DNA of 64,000 bases from Tetramitus jugosus (taxonomy: Eukaryota; Protista; Heterolobosea): assembly GCA_937625935.1 (NCBI GenBank), contig OW569384.1:248001-312000 (forward strand), written 5' to 3'. Under the pieces are notes generated by a model. The model was given only the letters and a program-made list of their open reading frames with translations. It made no database searches and was not told the DNA's origin. Position numbers and translations under genes: made by a program. Of the stretch, positions 46,075-55,275 are shown one piece after another (the first letter of the stretch is position 1; each line of letters begins with the position of its first letter).

Positions 46075-46202
46075 GCTTTCTTTTTTTTGTGTCGGAGTCG
46101 GATTTTTGTGATTGGCGCTCTTTTTGAACACGAAAAGTTGGAGGAGAAATGTATCCATGAAGCTTTATTGTTGAACATTCGGAAAGGAACTGGTCCATAG
46201 CT

Positions 46203-47102
46203 TTACAAGCATTGCTCTTGTTGGTGAACCATTGTGGTTGGTTGTTGTGAGCTCAACTCACTATAGATACAATGGTAAACATTGGTCTTAATATGGCGGT
46301 CAAGACTGTTCGTTCCTACGCGCCCTAGTAGCCCACTCTGTGTAATCATACGATACTGGTGCACCATTCGTCTCTCAAACTGCATGGAAGCAAATTCGAC
46401 AGCTCTATTTACATCATTTACATATTGTTTACAGTAACTGGCGTCAATGTTGACGCGAGAGAGAAAAGAGGCAGACTGGCCGTGTGCTGTAGGTACAGAA
46501 CAGTTATTGTGTGTAACAATGATGGGTCCACTGCTTGTGAGATAATCTCTTAGCTCTCTAGCAGCATCCCAACCCTTGTTCTCTGCACAGATGAGAACGA
46601 GACAACGGTCCTTAATTCTATGCAATAAAACAGCAATTTGTTGCTTGGATTCGGCCGACATGTTAGGGTAGGTCTCAATCACATGCAACATTCTGATGAC
46701 AGTGTCCCTGTGTATATTATATTCGTGTCCAGCTTTAACTTCATGGAGGAACAAACGATTGACAAAAAATGTGTTTCGGCACTGGTACATTTGAACAATT
46801 ATGTCATCTACTGTAATCCACTGTTGTTCTTGAACAGGAGCCACAGTAGGAGTAGTATTGTTGGAAACTGTTGGGCTCGTTGGATGGAATAGAGAAGATG
46901 TAATGGGTGTAGTTGGAGTGTTAGGAGCTATGGTGGTGGATTTTGTTGTGGAAACGTGAAGCATTGGTTGCTTCTTCTTAAGAGAGTCTCTTCTCTTTTT
47001 GGAGACCGCAGCACCGGAACCTGTAGATGATGGAAACAAGTTGTTTGGTTGACCGTGTGGTTGGATGAGGTCCTTGTTTGTTCTTCTGTAAGTGAATCTC
47101 AT
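46203..47102 (-). CDS. Hypothetical protein (possible DIRS-type gag-like helical domain)
   Basis: 299-aa ATG-initiated ORF with basic, Thr/Pro-rich N-terminus and a GHEY...R..L..AENKGWDAA motif. Confidence 0.65.
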   Translation of the reverse strand: MRFTYRRTNKDLIQPHGQPNNLFPSSTGSGAAVSKKRRDSLKKKQPMLHVSTTKSTTIAPNTPTTPITSSLFHPTSPTVSNNTTPTVAPVQEQQWITVDDIIVQMYQCRNTFFVNRLFLHEVKAGHEYNIHRDTVIRMLHVIETYPNMSAESKQQIAVLLHRIKDRCLVLICAENKGWDAARELRDYLTSSGPIIVTHNNCSVPTAHGQSASFLSRVNIDASYCKQYVNDVNRAVEFASMQFERRMVHQYRMITQSGLLGRVGTNSLDRHIKTNVYHCIYSELSSQQPTTMVHQQEQCL

Positions 47103-47828
47103 CTTTGTAAGTCTTAGAGAGTGTTAGTAGGTGGGAGTTGGTTTGTTCTTTTGTTTGTTGGATGTGGTGTCCTAATGATAATGTGTTGTTGAGAGAGCCA
47201 CCCGAAAGACTCTCAAGTGATTCACACCTTCATGCGTCAATTATCATTGTAGCAGGGGACCCAAAAATACGAGGACTTCATCTTGTTCTATGGATTCGCG
47301 AGATGGGCAGGTGGAATCCTGCGAAGATGTTACCGATAGCATGACCGTTTGTGGACAAAATTGACATCTCTCCAATCGTTTGGAGGAACGAATGCTTATG
47401 TGAAGACAAATCGCAACTTCTTATTTGGTGGTCTGTTGGTGAGTGTGTCAAAGAGCTTGATACTCATCGGTGCTTGCTCAACCTCCCATTGTCTTATTCT
47501 TTCACTGTGTAGAAATGGCTCACCGCCATGCTTTTTCTCACAAAAAGGAACCCGACACGTTTTTTGTAGTGGAAAGTTATCGTAAGTCACGAACGTTCAG
47601 ATCCACCTATCAACATCAAACTTGTCCTCACTGGCAATTCCCTTCGTTGAGCTTGAACAACCTTCAACGAACCACACCCCCTTATGTCAATGACGACACT
47701 ACTTTTTCACACCCCAACAAACAATTCTGTCGTCATCAGACAACTTCTTCTTCTCTCTGTTCTTCTCCAAAACCAAAAACAAACAAAAAAACAACAAGCA
47801 CCTTCTCTTTTTTTAACACAACATAAAA

Positions 47829-48407
47829 ATGGTCCAAACTGTAGAATTAAAGGCACAATTCCCTGGAATGTCACTTGCTGATTTTAAGCAAATCATCTTT
47901 GAAGACCAAGAATTTCAACGCAAATTCCAAACCGCTCAAGGTCATCAAAACATTTCCATTGAATCATGGACAGAAAAGGTAAAGACTGAAAAGTATCACG
48001 TTTTCCAGAGAACCATTGGATTTGAGACTCCTATCAATGTGCCTTCTGTCGTTCAAACTTTTTTGGGCACAAACAAGATTGTTGGTGATACGGCAGCAGA
48101 GTTGATTATATATGGAAATTTGGATCAGTTGGTTCATACTTCTGTGATGCGATTGTCCAATGTGCCAATGGCTGAGAGCATCTACGCAAAGGTCGTTTGG
48201 AGCATGGCGTCCAATAAGGAAAAGTCCGCCGTGTTGTTGAAGTTGACCGTGACTTGCGAGTTCAAGCAATATATTCCGCTTGTGACTGGCGCCATTGAAA
48301 ATTCTACGGCCACCAACTCTCAAAAGACATTTGAGAATTGGATTGTGTTGGCAAAGGAGGCTTGCAAGCAGTTTTTGGAGTCAAAGGAGAGCACTGAGGC
48401 TCATTAA
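47829..48407 (+). CDS. Stand-alone VASt/START-like lipid-binding domain protein
   Basis: F..FQ..QGHQNISIESW, RTIGF, SNVPMAESI and CEFKQYIPLVTGAIEN follow the VASt pattern. Confidence 0.7.
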   Translation: MVQTVELKAQFPGMSLADFKQIIFEDQEFQRKFQTAQGHQNISIESWTEKVKTEKYHVFQRTIGFETPINVPSVVQTFLGTNKIVGDTAAELIIYGNLDQLVHTSVMRLSNVPMAESIYAKVVWSMASNKEKSAVLLKLTVTCEFKQYIPLVTGAIENSTATNSQKTFENWIVLAKEACKQFLESKESTEAH

Positions 48408-48615
48408 GAACAGCAACACGTAGCACAAAGAAACCTCATCATCTCTCTCTCTCCAAAAAAAACAATGCGTCATCATTTGACAAGTCGTTCTTTGGTACTG
48501 TCTAGCTTGTTTCGTTAGATCAGGTGGTTGCTTCTTTTTGTTTGTAGTATAGAGACATTTTTGTAAAGAAATTTCGTCAAAAGAAGTCTGTTGTTGTGTG
48601 GTTGTATTCTTCTTG

Positions 48616-50517
48616 TTATTGTCTTGTGGGTGATTGTTTTGGCTTGATGAACGTAATGGCAACCAGAATAAACAATGGAATAACTTCCAGGAACAAGTAA
48701 TAACCCATGAGTGTGAAGATGAACGCTGGTGGTGAAAAGAGCCACGATAGCCACGCAATTCTGTCATCTGCGATCCAAAATATCATTTGCATGACATAGA
48801 GACACACCTTGGCCAATAGCACAAATGTGCACATGACAGTTACCAATGTTACCTTTGTGACTGTCTTCATAATGAGCTTGTGCTGTGTGCGTGACTCTCC
48901 ACCGTACACATCCGAGCTAAAAAATTGAAATGCGCTGTGATTGGTCATGCGCCTCACCAGTGCCACAAATAACAGAGAGTAAGTCATAAACAGGACCCAC
49001 GTCGTAAATGTTATCAACACCATTGCACCAAAGATCACATCCATTACAATTGTTTTAGGTGTGGCCAAGTGGTACTTTTGTTCATCCAAAGCTTCCAAAA
49101 CGGATGAAACAACTGCAAGACAAGTCAATAACAATATCAATACTTGACAAATGAAAAAGTAACCACGGACAATGCTCAAGGCAAACCTGTCTCCCGAACT
49201 TAATCGCAGAGTTTTTCTTTTCGGATTTTGAATCGACTTTTTTCTGTGCACTTCATTTGGAATCACAATTCCAGTTGTCATTTGCTTCTTTTTCCTACTG
49301 TTGTTATTATTCGAACTACTGCTCTTTCGATTACTACTACTACTGTTATTATTCGGTAGGAGCATTGATTGTTCACTTGTTCGATTAATACTGTTGCTAA
49401 CAGCAGAATTACTCGATGATTCATCCGATTCTGCATCAGTCCTAGAATAAATATAATATTGTGATTGTTGTTCATGATCACCACCACCACCACCACCATG
49501 ATGATTCTGTACAAGGGCTTGATTTCTACCGTTTGGTAGATACATTGGAGATGACAATGTTGTTCCATGTTGTTGTTGTTGTTGTTGTTTTTGTTGAGAG
49601 AGCATATCAGGTGTCAACAGACCAACACCTGTTGTTGTCGTGGTGGACTGATATGGATGTTGTTCTCCATTGCCATAACTGACAGCAACGATTCCATTGG
49701 TCATGGATGGTGTATAGTATATACTATTGTTGTTGTTGTTGTTGTTGGATGACGATGATGATGACAAATGTTGTTGTTGGTAAAAGTGTGGATTGTTGGG
49801 ATGGTGATCATTCACAAATGTTGGACTGTCTGTTTCTCTAAAAAGATCATCATCGTCATCGTTGTCATCATCATTACCATTCCTTAAGCTTTCATTGGAT
49901 TGCTTGACATGACTGTAGTTGTGACCGTTGGCGCCATTTTGATTTGATTTTCTGCGACTTCGATTTTTCTTCATGGGCGACGTGATGAAAATATCCTTGT
50001 CTGACAAACTACTTTCAAAGTAGTATCGAATGAGATGATACTTTCGAGCCCAACTCAACAACAACATGAAGAAAATGTTGATGAATAGCAAACCAGGAGC
50101 TATACTGAAAAAATTGATGACACCATTCATGACTTGATACTTGTTTGGGTCATCCTTTCTTTGCTTGGCCGTACTCCTCACAACAATATCCATAATAAAG
50201 TAGCACAATCGTCCAATGGATATCATCAAAATAAAGAAAAAGAAGAAGGGCTTAATCGTAGAATCGGAGGAGGAGTTTTGAGGTTTCTCCGATGCCACGA
50301 CAGCAAGATCCGATTCTGGTTCAGGGAGAGCCATCAATTGACCATTACTATTCTTCGTATTGAAGCTATGCTGAGGTCTACGACGTTTCACCAAAGTCAT
50401 CCATTTTTGTCGTAGAGCACTCGTGAAACGAACGAGAGCAATGACGACAATTGCAGTGTATAGGACTGCGAGACCTGACTCTATGAGAACATCACGTAGA
50501 GTGATGTTGGATGTCAT
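48616..50517 (-). CDS. Multi-pass membrane protein (TOM1/THH1/GPR137-like 7TM) with a large low-complexity loop
   Basis: About 7 hydrophobic segments; FMLLLSWA..YH and YYLFLEVIP motifs; N/Q/S-rich insertion. Confidence 0.7.
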   Translation of the reverse strand: MTSNITLRDVLIESGLAVLYTAIVVIALVRFTSALRQKWMTLVKRRRPQHSFNTKNSNGQLMALPEPESDLAVVASEKPQNSSSDSTIKPFFFFFILMISIGRLCYFIMDIVVRSTAKQRKDDPNKYQVMNGVINFFSIAPGLLFINIFFMLLLSWARKYHLIRYYFESSLSDKDIFITSPMKKNRSRRKSNQNGANGHNYSHVKQSNESLRNGNDDDNDDDDDLFRETDSPTFVNDHHPNNPHFYQQQHLSSSSSSNNNNNNNSIYYTPSMTNGIVAVSYGNGEQHPYQSTTTTTGVGLLTPDMLSQQKQQQQQQHGTTLSSPMYLPNGRNQALVQNHHGGGGGGDHEQQSQYYIYSRTDAESDESSSNSAVSNSINRTSEQSMLLPNNNSSSSNRKSSSSNNNNSRKKKQMTTGIVIPNEVHRKKSIQNPKRKTLRLSSGDRFALSIVRGYFFICQVLILLLTCLAVVSSVLEALDEQKYHLATPKTIVMDVIFGAMVLITFTTWVLFMTYSLLFVALVRRMTNHSAFQFFSSDVYGGESRTQHKLIMKTVTKVTLVTVMCTFVLLAKVCLYVMQMIFWIADDRIAWLSWLFSPPAFIFTLMGYYLFLEVIPLFILVAITFIKPKQSPTRQ

Positions 50518-50716
50518 TGTTCTTGTTGTTGTTTCGTGTTGTTTATTTGATTTTTTGTTGTGTTGTGGGCACCCAAATGGAACGTGTCGCAGTTTTGTTT
50601 TGCCCAACAGGGTCGAGATTCGATTTTAGAACAAAAGGAAGTTTGCCTGTCACCACACGTTCAGAGACAAACAACCACCCAGAAACAATAGAAAGCCCTT
50701 TGTCCCTCTTGTAATA

Positions 50717-52906
50717 ATGGATTTGGACGACTTTTTTGGGTCAATGACCACAACAAACGCACCTCAACAAACAACGACGACAAATTTTGGCGCGAACAAT
50801 GATGACTTTGCTTTTGGTGACGCTGATGATGATGACTTTGGTGATTTTCAAGAGGGTAAAGAAGAGTTACCCAATCATCAACAACAACAACAAACAACAA
50901 GCAGTCACAACAATAGCTTGAATAATAATAATAATACCAATGATTTTGATGACCTTTTGTCCTCTTATGTAGCTACTGTTAGTAAACCAAATGATGTTGT
51001 GAATCAACAACAACAACAACCAACAGTCAATAGTTCTTCCTCACTATTTGATTTCGATTCCAATACTGCTACTACTCATAATAATAATAATAACAACGAT
51101 GTTGATGAAGATGAAGATGATTTTGGTGATTTTGAACAACCACAAGATTCATCATCATCATTATTCAATAACAACAATCATACAAGTTCAAGTGGAAATG
51201 AAACTACAACATTTGATATTGTTGTTGATGAATCGACATCAAGTCCAACCAATGACTCGATGAGCAATCCAACGATTGCAGTTGTCAAAGCCGCCGAATC
51301 TAAACCAAAAACTCCGATTGATATCATGAGTTTCTTTAGTTCTTCACAACCATCTGCTCCTTCTGTGGTCAATAACATGACAACTAGTGCGTCAATTGCG
51401 AACAATAATAGTAGTAGTAGTAGTAGTAGTTTGTTTGATGATAATGATACTTTTGATTTCAGTAATGGCAGTAGTAATAAGAGTAGTCATCATGATGATG
51501 GTGGTGGATCGTCCATTGACATGTTTTTTGACGATTCGTCTCATGTATCAACTATGAACGAGCAACATGTCGAGTCGAACAAGAATTCAGCGGAGAGTGA
51601 TCAAAAATTTGAAGCCAATTTTGAAGAGGATGACTGGGGTGATATGGTTCAACCTTCTCAATCGACAGATGATGAAACAGTTACGACTCCTGTTTCTGTT
51701 GCTGTTGAGAGTAGTGTTCGAGTGCAAAATCCAACTTCTTCAACAGAAAATGTTGACAATGGAAGCAATGAAAAGTTTGAAGCTAATTTTGACAACGAGG
51801 AAGATTGGGGTAGTTTTATTGACCCCGTAGTCGACAATTCCTTTACAACAGTTGTAGACAATGTACCAGTTGTGAAAGCCGAGTTGCAGACGAGTCAGAA
51901 TATTGTGGAGACATCTGTTGTGTCTCCTCCACATAGTGCACCAGCAGAGTTTGAAGCAAACTTTGGCGATGAGGATGATTGGGGCGAATTGCAGTCGGGA
52001 TCGCAAGATAATGTCGATACTGTTTCTCAGCAACAAGAACAAACGACTGACGTTGCGGCATCCACTGTACAACACGAGGAAGAGGAGGAAGAAGAACCTA
52101 CCGGTTCTTCTGAATCAGACATTTTTAATCGTTTGATATTCAATGAGCGATATAGAGATGCCGAGGTATTTATGAAGAGTCCAAAGAACGGATCCGAGGT
52201 TTGGTGGGAAAGAGAGAGATTGGATCATTTTAGATCAAAAACACTGAAGCAAGTGTTCTCTGCCTTCCTTACAAAGGACAAGTTGAATCAATATGTCGAA
52301 GATTTTGTCACAACAAGACTAACAGTGAACTCATTGAATTTTGCTTCGAGAAGACTGTTGTTCCAGGCAGTCAATTGGGAGAATAAGCACTCTAAAGCCA
52401 TAAATTCACTATTCGAGAGTGAGTGTGTAACAATCCGGTTGTTGTTCCAAGGCTTGAAAGAGCTTGAAACATGTGCCCGATTGCTTGAGTCGATACAATA
52501 CGAACATAAGCAAGGAAACAAACAAGTCCTCGATCAATTGGCAATCAACGAGAGGTTAAACACATTCTTGAAGTGCATAGTCGAGGTGAGACTCATGGTT
52601 GAAATATGTGCTGAAGAGCTGAAAAGGAGATACAAGAAGACTGTCGAATCCTTCTCTCATGTTGTTCAACAACGATTGGATCTCTTCCGACAATTGTGGA
52701 GCAATGTACAACAGCACCAGGCGTTCTTACCAGCTCTCATCGATATAGCATCGCACAATTCAAGAGAAGCAGGCACTAACGAAGATCGATGCTCCCTCAG
52801 TGGAAGAGTTGTCACCGACGCCTCACAGCTTGAGAGTTCAGTAGTTGGTCACGTTTTTGCTCCTTACAAAAGGTACTACTCTCAAAGAATATCGACGTTC
52901 AACTGA
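50717..52906 (+). CDS. Clathrin-adaptor accessory protein (gamma-synergin/aftiphilin-like)
   Basis: Disordered acidic N-terminus with DDFGDF x2 and FEANF..DWG x3; helical C-terminal domain ending CSLS...GHVFAPY. Confidence 0.6.
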   Translation: MDLDDFFGSMTTTNAPQQTTTTNFGANNDDFAFGDADDDDFGDFQEGKEELPNHQQQQQTTSSHNNSLNNNNNTNDFDDLLSSYVATVSKPNDVVNQQQQQPTVNSSSSLFDFDSNTATTHNNNNNNDVDEDEDDFGDFEQPQDSSSSLFNNNNHTSSSGNETTTFDIVVDESTSSPTNDSMSNPTIAVVKAAESKPKTPIDIMSFFSSSQPSAPSVVNNMTTSASIANNNSSSSSSSLFDDNDTFDFSNGSSNKSSHHDDGGGSSIDMFFDDSSHVSTMNEQHVESNKNSAESDQKFEANFEEDDWGDMVQPSQSTDDETVTTPVSVAVESSVRVQNPTSSTENVDNGSNEKFEANFDNEEDWGSFIDPVVDNSFTTVVDNVPVVKAELQTSQNIVETSVVSPPHSAPAEFEANFGDEDDWGELQSGSQDNVDTVSQQQEQTTDVAASTVQHEEEEEEEPTGSSESDIFNRLIFNERYRDAEVFMKSPKNGSEVWWERERLDHFRSKTLKQVFSAFLTKDKLNQYVEDFVTTRLTVNSLNFASRRLLFQAVNWENKHSKAINSLFESECVTIRLLFQGLKELETCARLLESIQYEHKQGNKQVLDQLAINERLNTFLKCIVEVRLMVEICAEELKRRYKKTVESFSHVVQQRLDLFRQLWSNVQQHQAFLPALIDIASHNSREAGTNEDRCSLSGRVVTDASQLESSVVGHVFAPYKRYYSQRISTFN

Positions 52907-53108
52907 TAGCTTGACAGATGACACAGTGTCAAATAAATTGAATCTTTGTATTGAACAAAAAAGGGCAGAACATCAAAGCGCTTTTGCGGAGTTATGTTCA
53001 GCCTAAAGACACTAGTAGCTTTCGCTGTCTGTTCTTCCGTCTGTCACTAGTTGATAGTCTATCTCAATTCACAAACCAGCACAAGAGACAATACCGCAGT
53101 AAACTCAA

Positions 53109-53858
53109 ATGAGAACGAACCTGGACAGTACAGTTGAGTGTATCCCAACAACCGAAAAATCCAGGCATAAAGCCGATCCACAACCATCAAAATCGACGAC
53201 TAAGAAGGTTCGAAAGTTCGTACAGTACGGTCTCACTTCTCAATACCTCCGATATGGAGATTTAGTTCTGATTTCGATACCAGAGGACTTGGAAGTGCTT
53301 CACGAAATCGATCCTTGTCTCAACGGTCGAATGGCGTTTATTCAACATGGAACGATAGGACAGAGAATTCTCAATGAAAGCGATGAAGTGGATGAAAGTA
53401 TTAGTTTTGATGATGAGGTTCTCGTCAAACTGAAACCTATCAAAAAGAAACCGAATACAGAAAAGTTTACAACAAGGCGGAGGAGACCAAAATGGAAGCA
53501 AAATCGATCCGCCGGTCCAGTGAGTGAAGATGAAGTCGATGACGATGTCATCAGTAGTTTAGATGATTGGATGTATGAACAATACATGCAACAACAGTTG
53601 AAACTTCAACAAAAGCAGCAGTCAACCACAGCTATCAATAAGTCTTTGGGCGCTTCGATGGCAAGGGCAGCTCATGTCGCACGAGATATCAAGGAAAACT
53701 ATCAGAGTCCAATGTCAACCGACTTAGAGGATTACGCTACGGAAAGAGAAGATTTTGAGAGCTTTGTGGTAGTCCCCAAGTTTTGCTTGTGTCTAGAAGA
53801 TCACATTCTCAGAGAACGGATCAACAGAAGCTTCGCTGCGACCAATAACAGCGTATAA
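53109..53858 (+). CDS. Hypothetical protein
   Basis: 249-aa ATG-initiated ORF followed by AATAAA; no recognised motif. Confidence 0.65.
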   Translation: MRTNLDSTVECIPTTEKSRHKADPQPSKSTTKKVRKFVQYGLTSQYLRYGDLVLISIPEDLEVLHEIDPCLNGRMAFIQHGTIGQRILNESDEVDESISFDDEVLVKLKPIKKKPNTEKFTTRRRRPKWKQNRSAGPVSEDEVDDDVISSLDDWMYEQYMQQQLKLQQKQQSTTAINKSLGASMARAAHVARDIKENYQSPMSTDLEDYATEREDFESFVVVPKFCLCLEDHILRERINRSFAATNNSV

Positions 53859-54175
53859 AACAAATAAATCGCGTTTTGTTTCAAAGTATGTCATAGTACC
53901 AATAGGGAGATCAGATAAAGCTTTGGTACCGACAAATTACGTAAGACAACCAGAAATAGTCAAGTACTTTTCATTGCTTGCTTTGGAAGCGGCTGCAGTT
54001 TGAAAATGTCAAGCTTTCTTGCCAAGTTACGACAAGCTTCAAATGTTGCTCACTCAGACACGTTCTTTGATTCTGTTCCCAGTTTCAATCTACCAAGACA
54101 AGAATATGCACTCAACTTATCGCTGAAGCAACCCCAGATCAACAACAGTAGCTTCAAAAAAACGAACAAAACAAA

Positions 54176-54466
54176 ATGTCATCAAACAGCAACAAGGAAA
54201 AGGTTGATTCAGATGCCGAATGGAGTGCATTGCCATCACAGGAACGTGAACAACAAGACAAGGAAGATGAATGGGGTGCCTTTGACACCAACAACTCCAA
54301 TATTACGAGCAGCAAGGACATAATGGAAGATATGACTCTCAATGATGCATGGAATGACTTTGATGTCCAGACTGCAACACAGCCCCCAACCAACAATGTG
54401 AATATTTCGGAAGCTACAAACACTACGACTGCTTCAAGTGATGAGTCGTGGGCATCCTTTGAGTAA
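54176..54466 (+). CDS. Small acidic protein with repeated WxxF/L motifs
   Basis: A-rich start context (aaaATGtca); AEWSAL, DEWGAF, DAWNDF and ESWASFE-stop motifs. Confidence 0.65.
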   Translation: MSSNSNKEKVDSDAEWSALPSQEREQQDKEDEWGAFDTNNSNITSSKDIMEDMTLNDAWNDFDVQTATQPPTNNVNISEATNTTTASSDESWASFE

Positions 54467-54527
54467 AAAGCTAAGATCACTTTTTTCTTTTCCATCAAAC
54501 TTTGAATTTTTGAAAACAAGAACAATC

Positions 54528-55262
54528 ATGGAACAAGAACAGTTGTTGCAATTGATTCAGTTGCATGAATTGAAGGAAAAGTCGTCTCATAGCAACTATG
54601 AGAGTTTATTGGGTCAGGTGTGTCGTTTGTTGAATCGACAGTGGCCAATCAGTGACCGTATGCGCATGGATATGCTCAGGGAATCGTCCAATGATTTTCC
54701 AATGCACTTTGTCTTGTTGTTGGAAACGACTGCGGATCGCGACCCATTGTCGAGTGTTTCTTCAAGTGAAAAAGAATTGATTCAATTGGATAATCAAAGC
54801 TTTGAGCTCATTGGTTACTGTAAGCTAAACACGCCGAATCGACAGGACTTTAAGCTCATTGTGGAATCAGTGATCATTGACCCAGAGAGACGAGGTGGTG
54901 GGTATGGCAAACGGTTAATGAACTTGTTGATGCATTTCTTAAGCTCACAGGACTCAATCGTTTCACAGTGTCCTCCAGACGACTGTCATTTGTATCTTTC
55001 GACTCATGACCAAGTACCATTCTATGAGAGCTGTGGATTCGTGGTGTGTTCCGAGGATCAAGTGCCGAAATCAACCAAGGCTGTGGCCTCAAAGTTTTCA
55101 CAAGCTGGATTGAACAATTTACTCAGTGTGTTGGGCAATAAGCAACAACAAGCTTCAGGTCCTGCCCTCAATCGTACATCACCAGTCTCTTCATCAGGTA
55201 GACATGTTCAGACCTGGATGCGCAAGTCTCTTGCATCTGAACCAAACTCAGGCCAAGCTTAG
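54528..55262 (+). CDS. GNAT acetyltransferase, NAA80/NAT6-like
   Basis: LLNRQWPIS, SSNDFPMHFVL, VESVII..ERRGGGYGKRLM, LYLSTHDQVPFYESCGF and WMRK motifs. Confidence 0.75.
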   Translation: MEQEQLLQLIQLHELKEKSSHSNYESLLGQVCRLLNRQWPISDRMRMDMLRESSNDFPMHFVLLLETTADRDPLSSVSSSEKELIQLDNQSFELIGYCKLNTPNRQDFKLIVESVIIDPERRGGGYGKRLMNLLMHFLSSQDSIVSQCPPDDCHLYLSTHDQVPFYESCGFVVCSEDQVPKSTKAVASKFSQAGLNNLLSVLGNKQQQASGPALNRTSPVSSSGRHVQTWMRKSLASEPNSGQA

Positions 55263-55275
55263 GGTTGTAAATAAT

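Noticed and set aside
47165-47262. TGAGA...ACCC resembling a TPP riboswitch
   Set aside because: There is no CCUGAU/P4-P5 pyrophosphate arm and P2/P3 cannot form properly.
50655-50675. GTTCAGAGAC, similar to the group I intron R element
   Set aside because: It is an isolated match in a short divergent promoter gap, with no other core elements or host gene.
49261-51500. CAA/GAT/AAT/AGT triplet runs as repeat elements or CRISPR-like arrays
   Set aside because: They are coding low-complexity tracts (poly-Q/N/S/D) with no repeat-spacer structure.
54465-54490. GCTAAGATCA, resembling U2 snRNA
   Set aside because: It lacks the GTAGTA branch-pairing sequence and the 5' stem-loop that should flank it.
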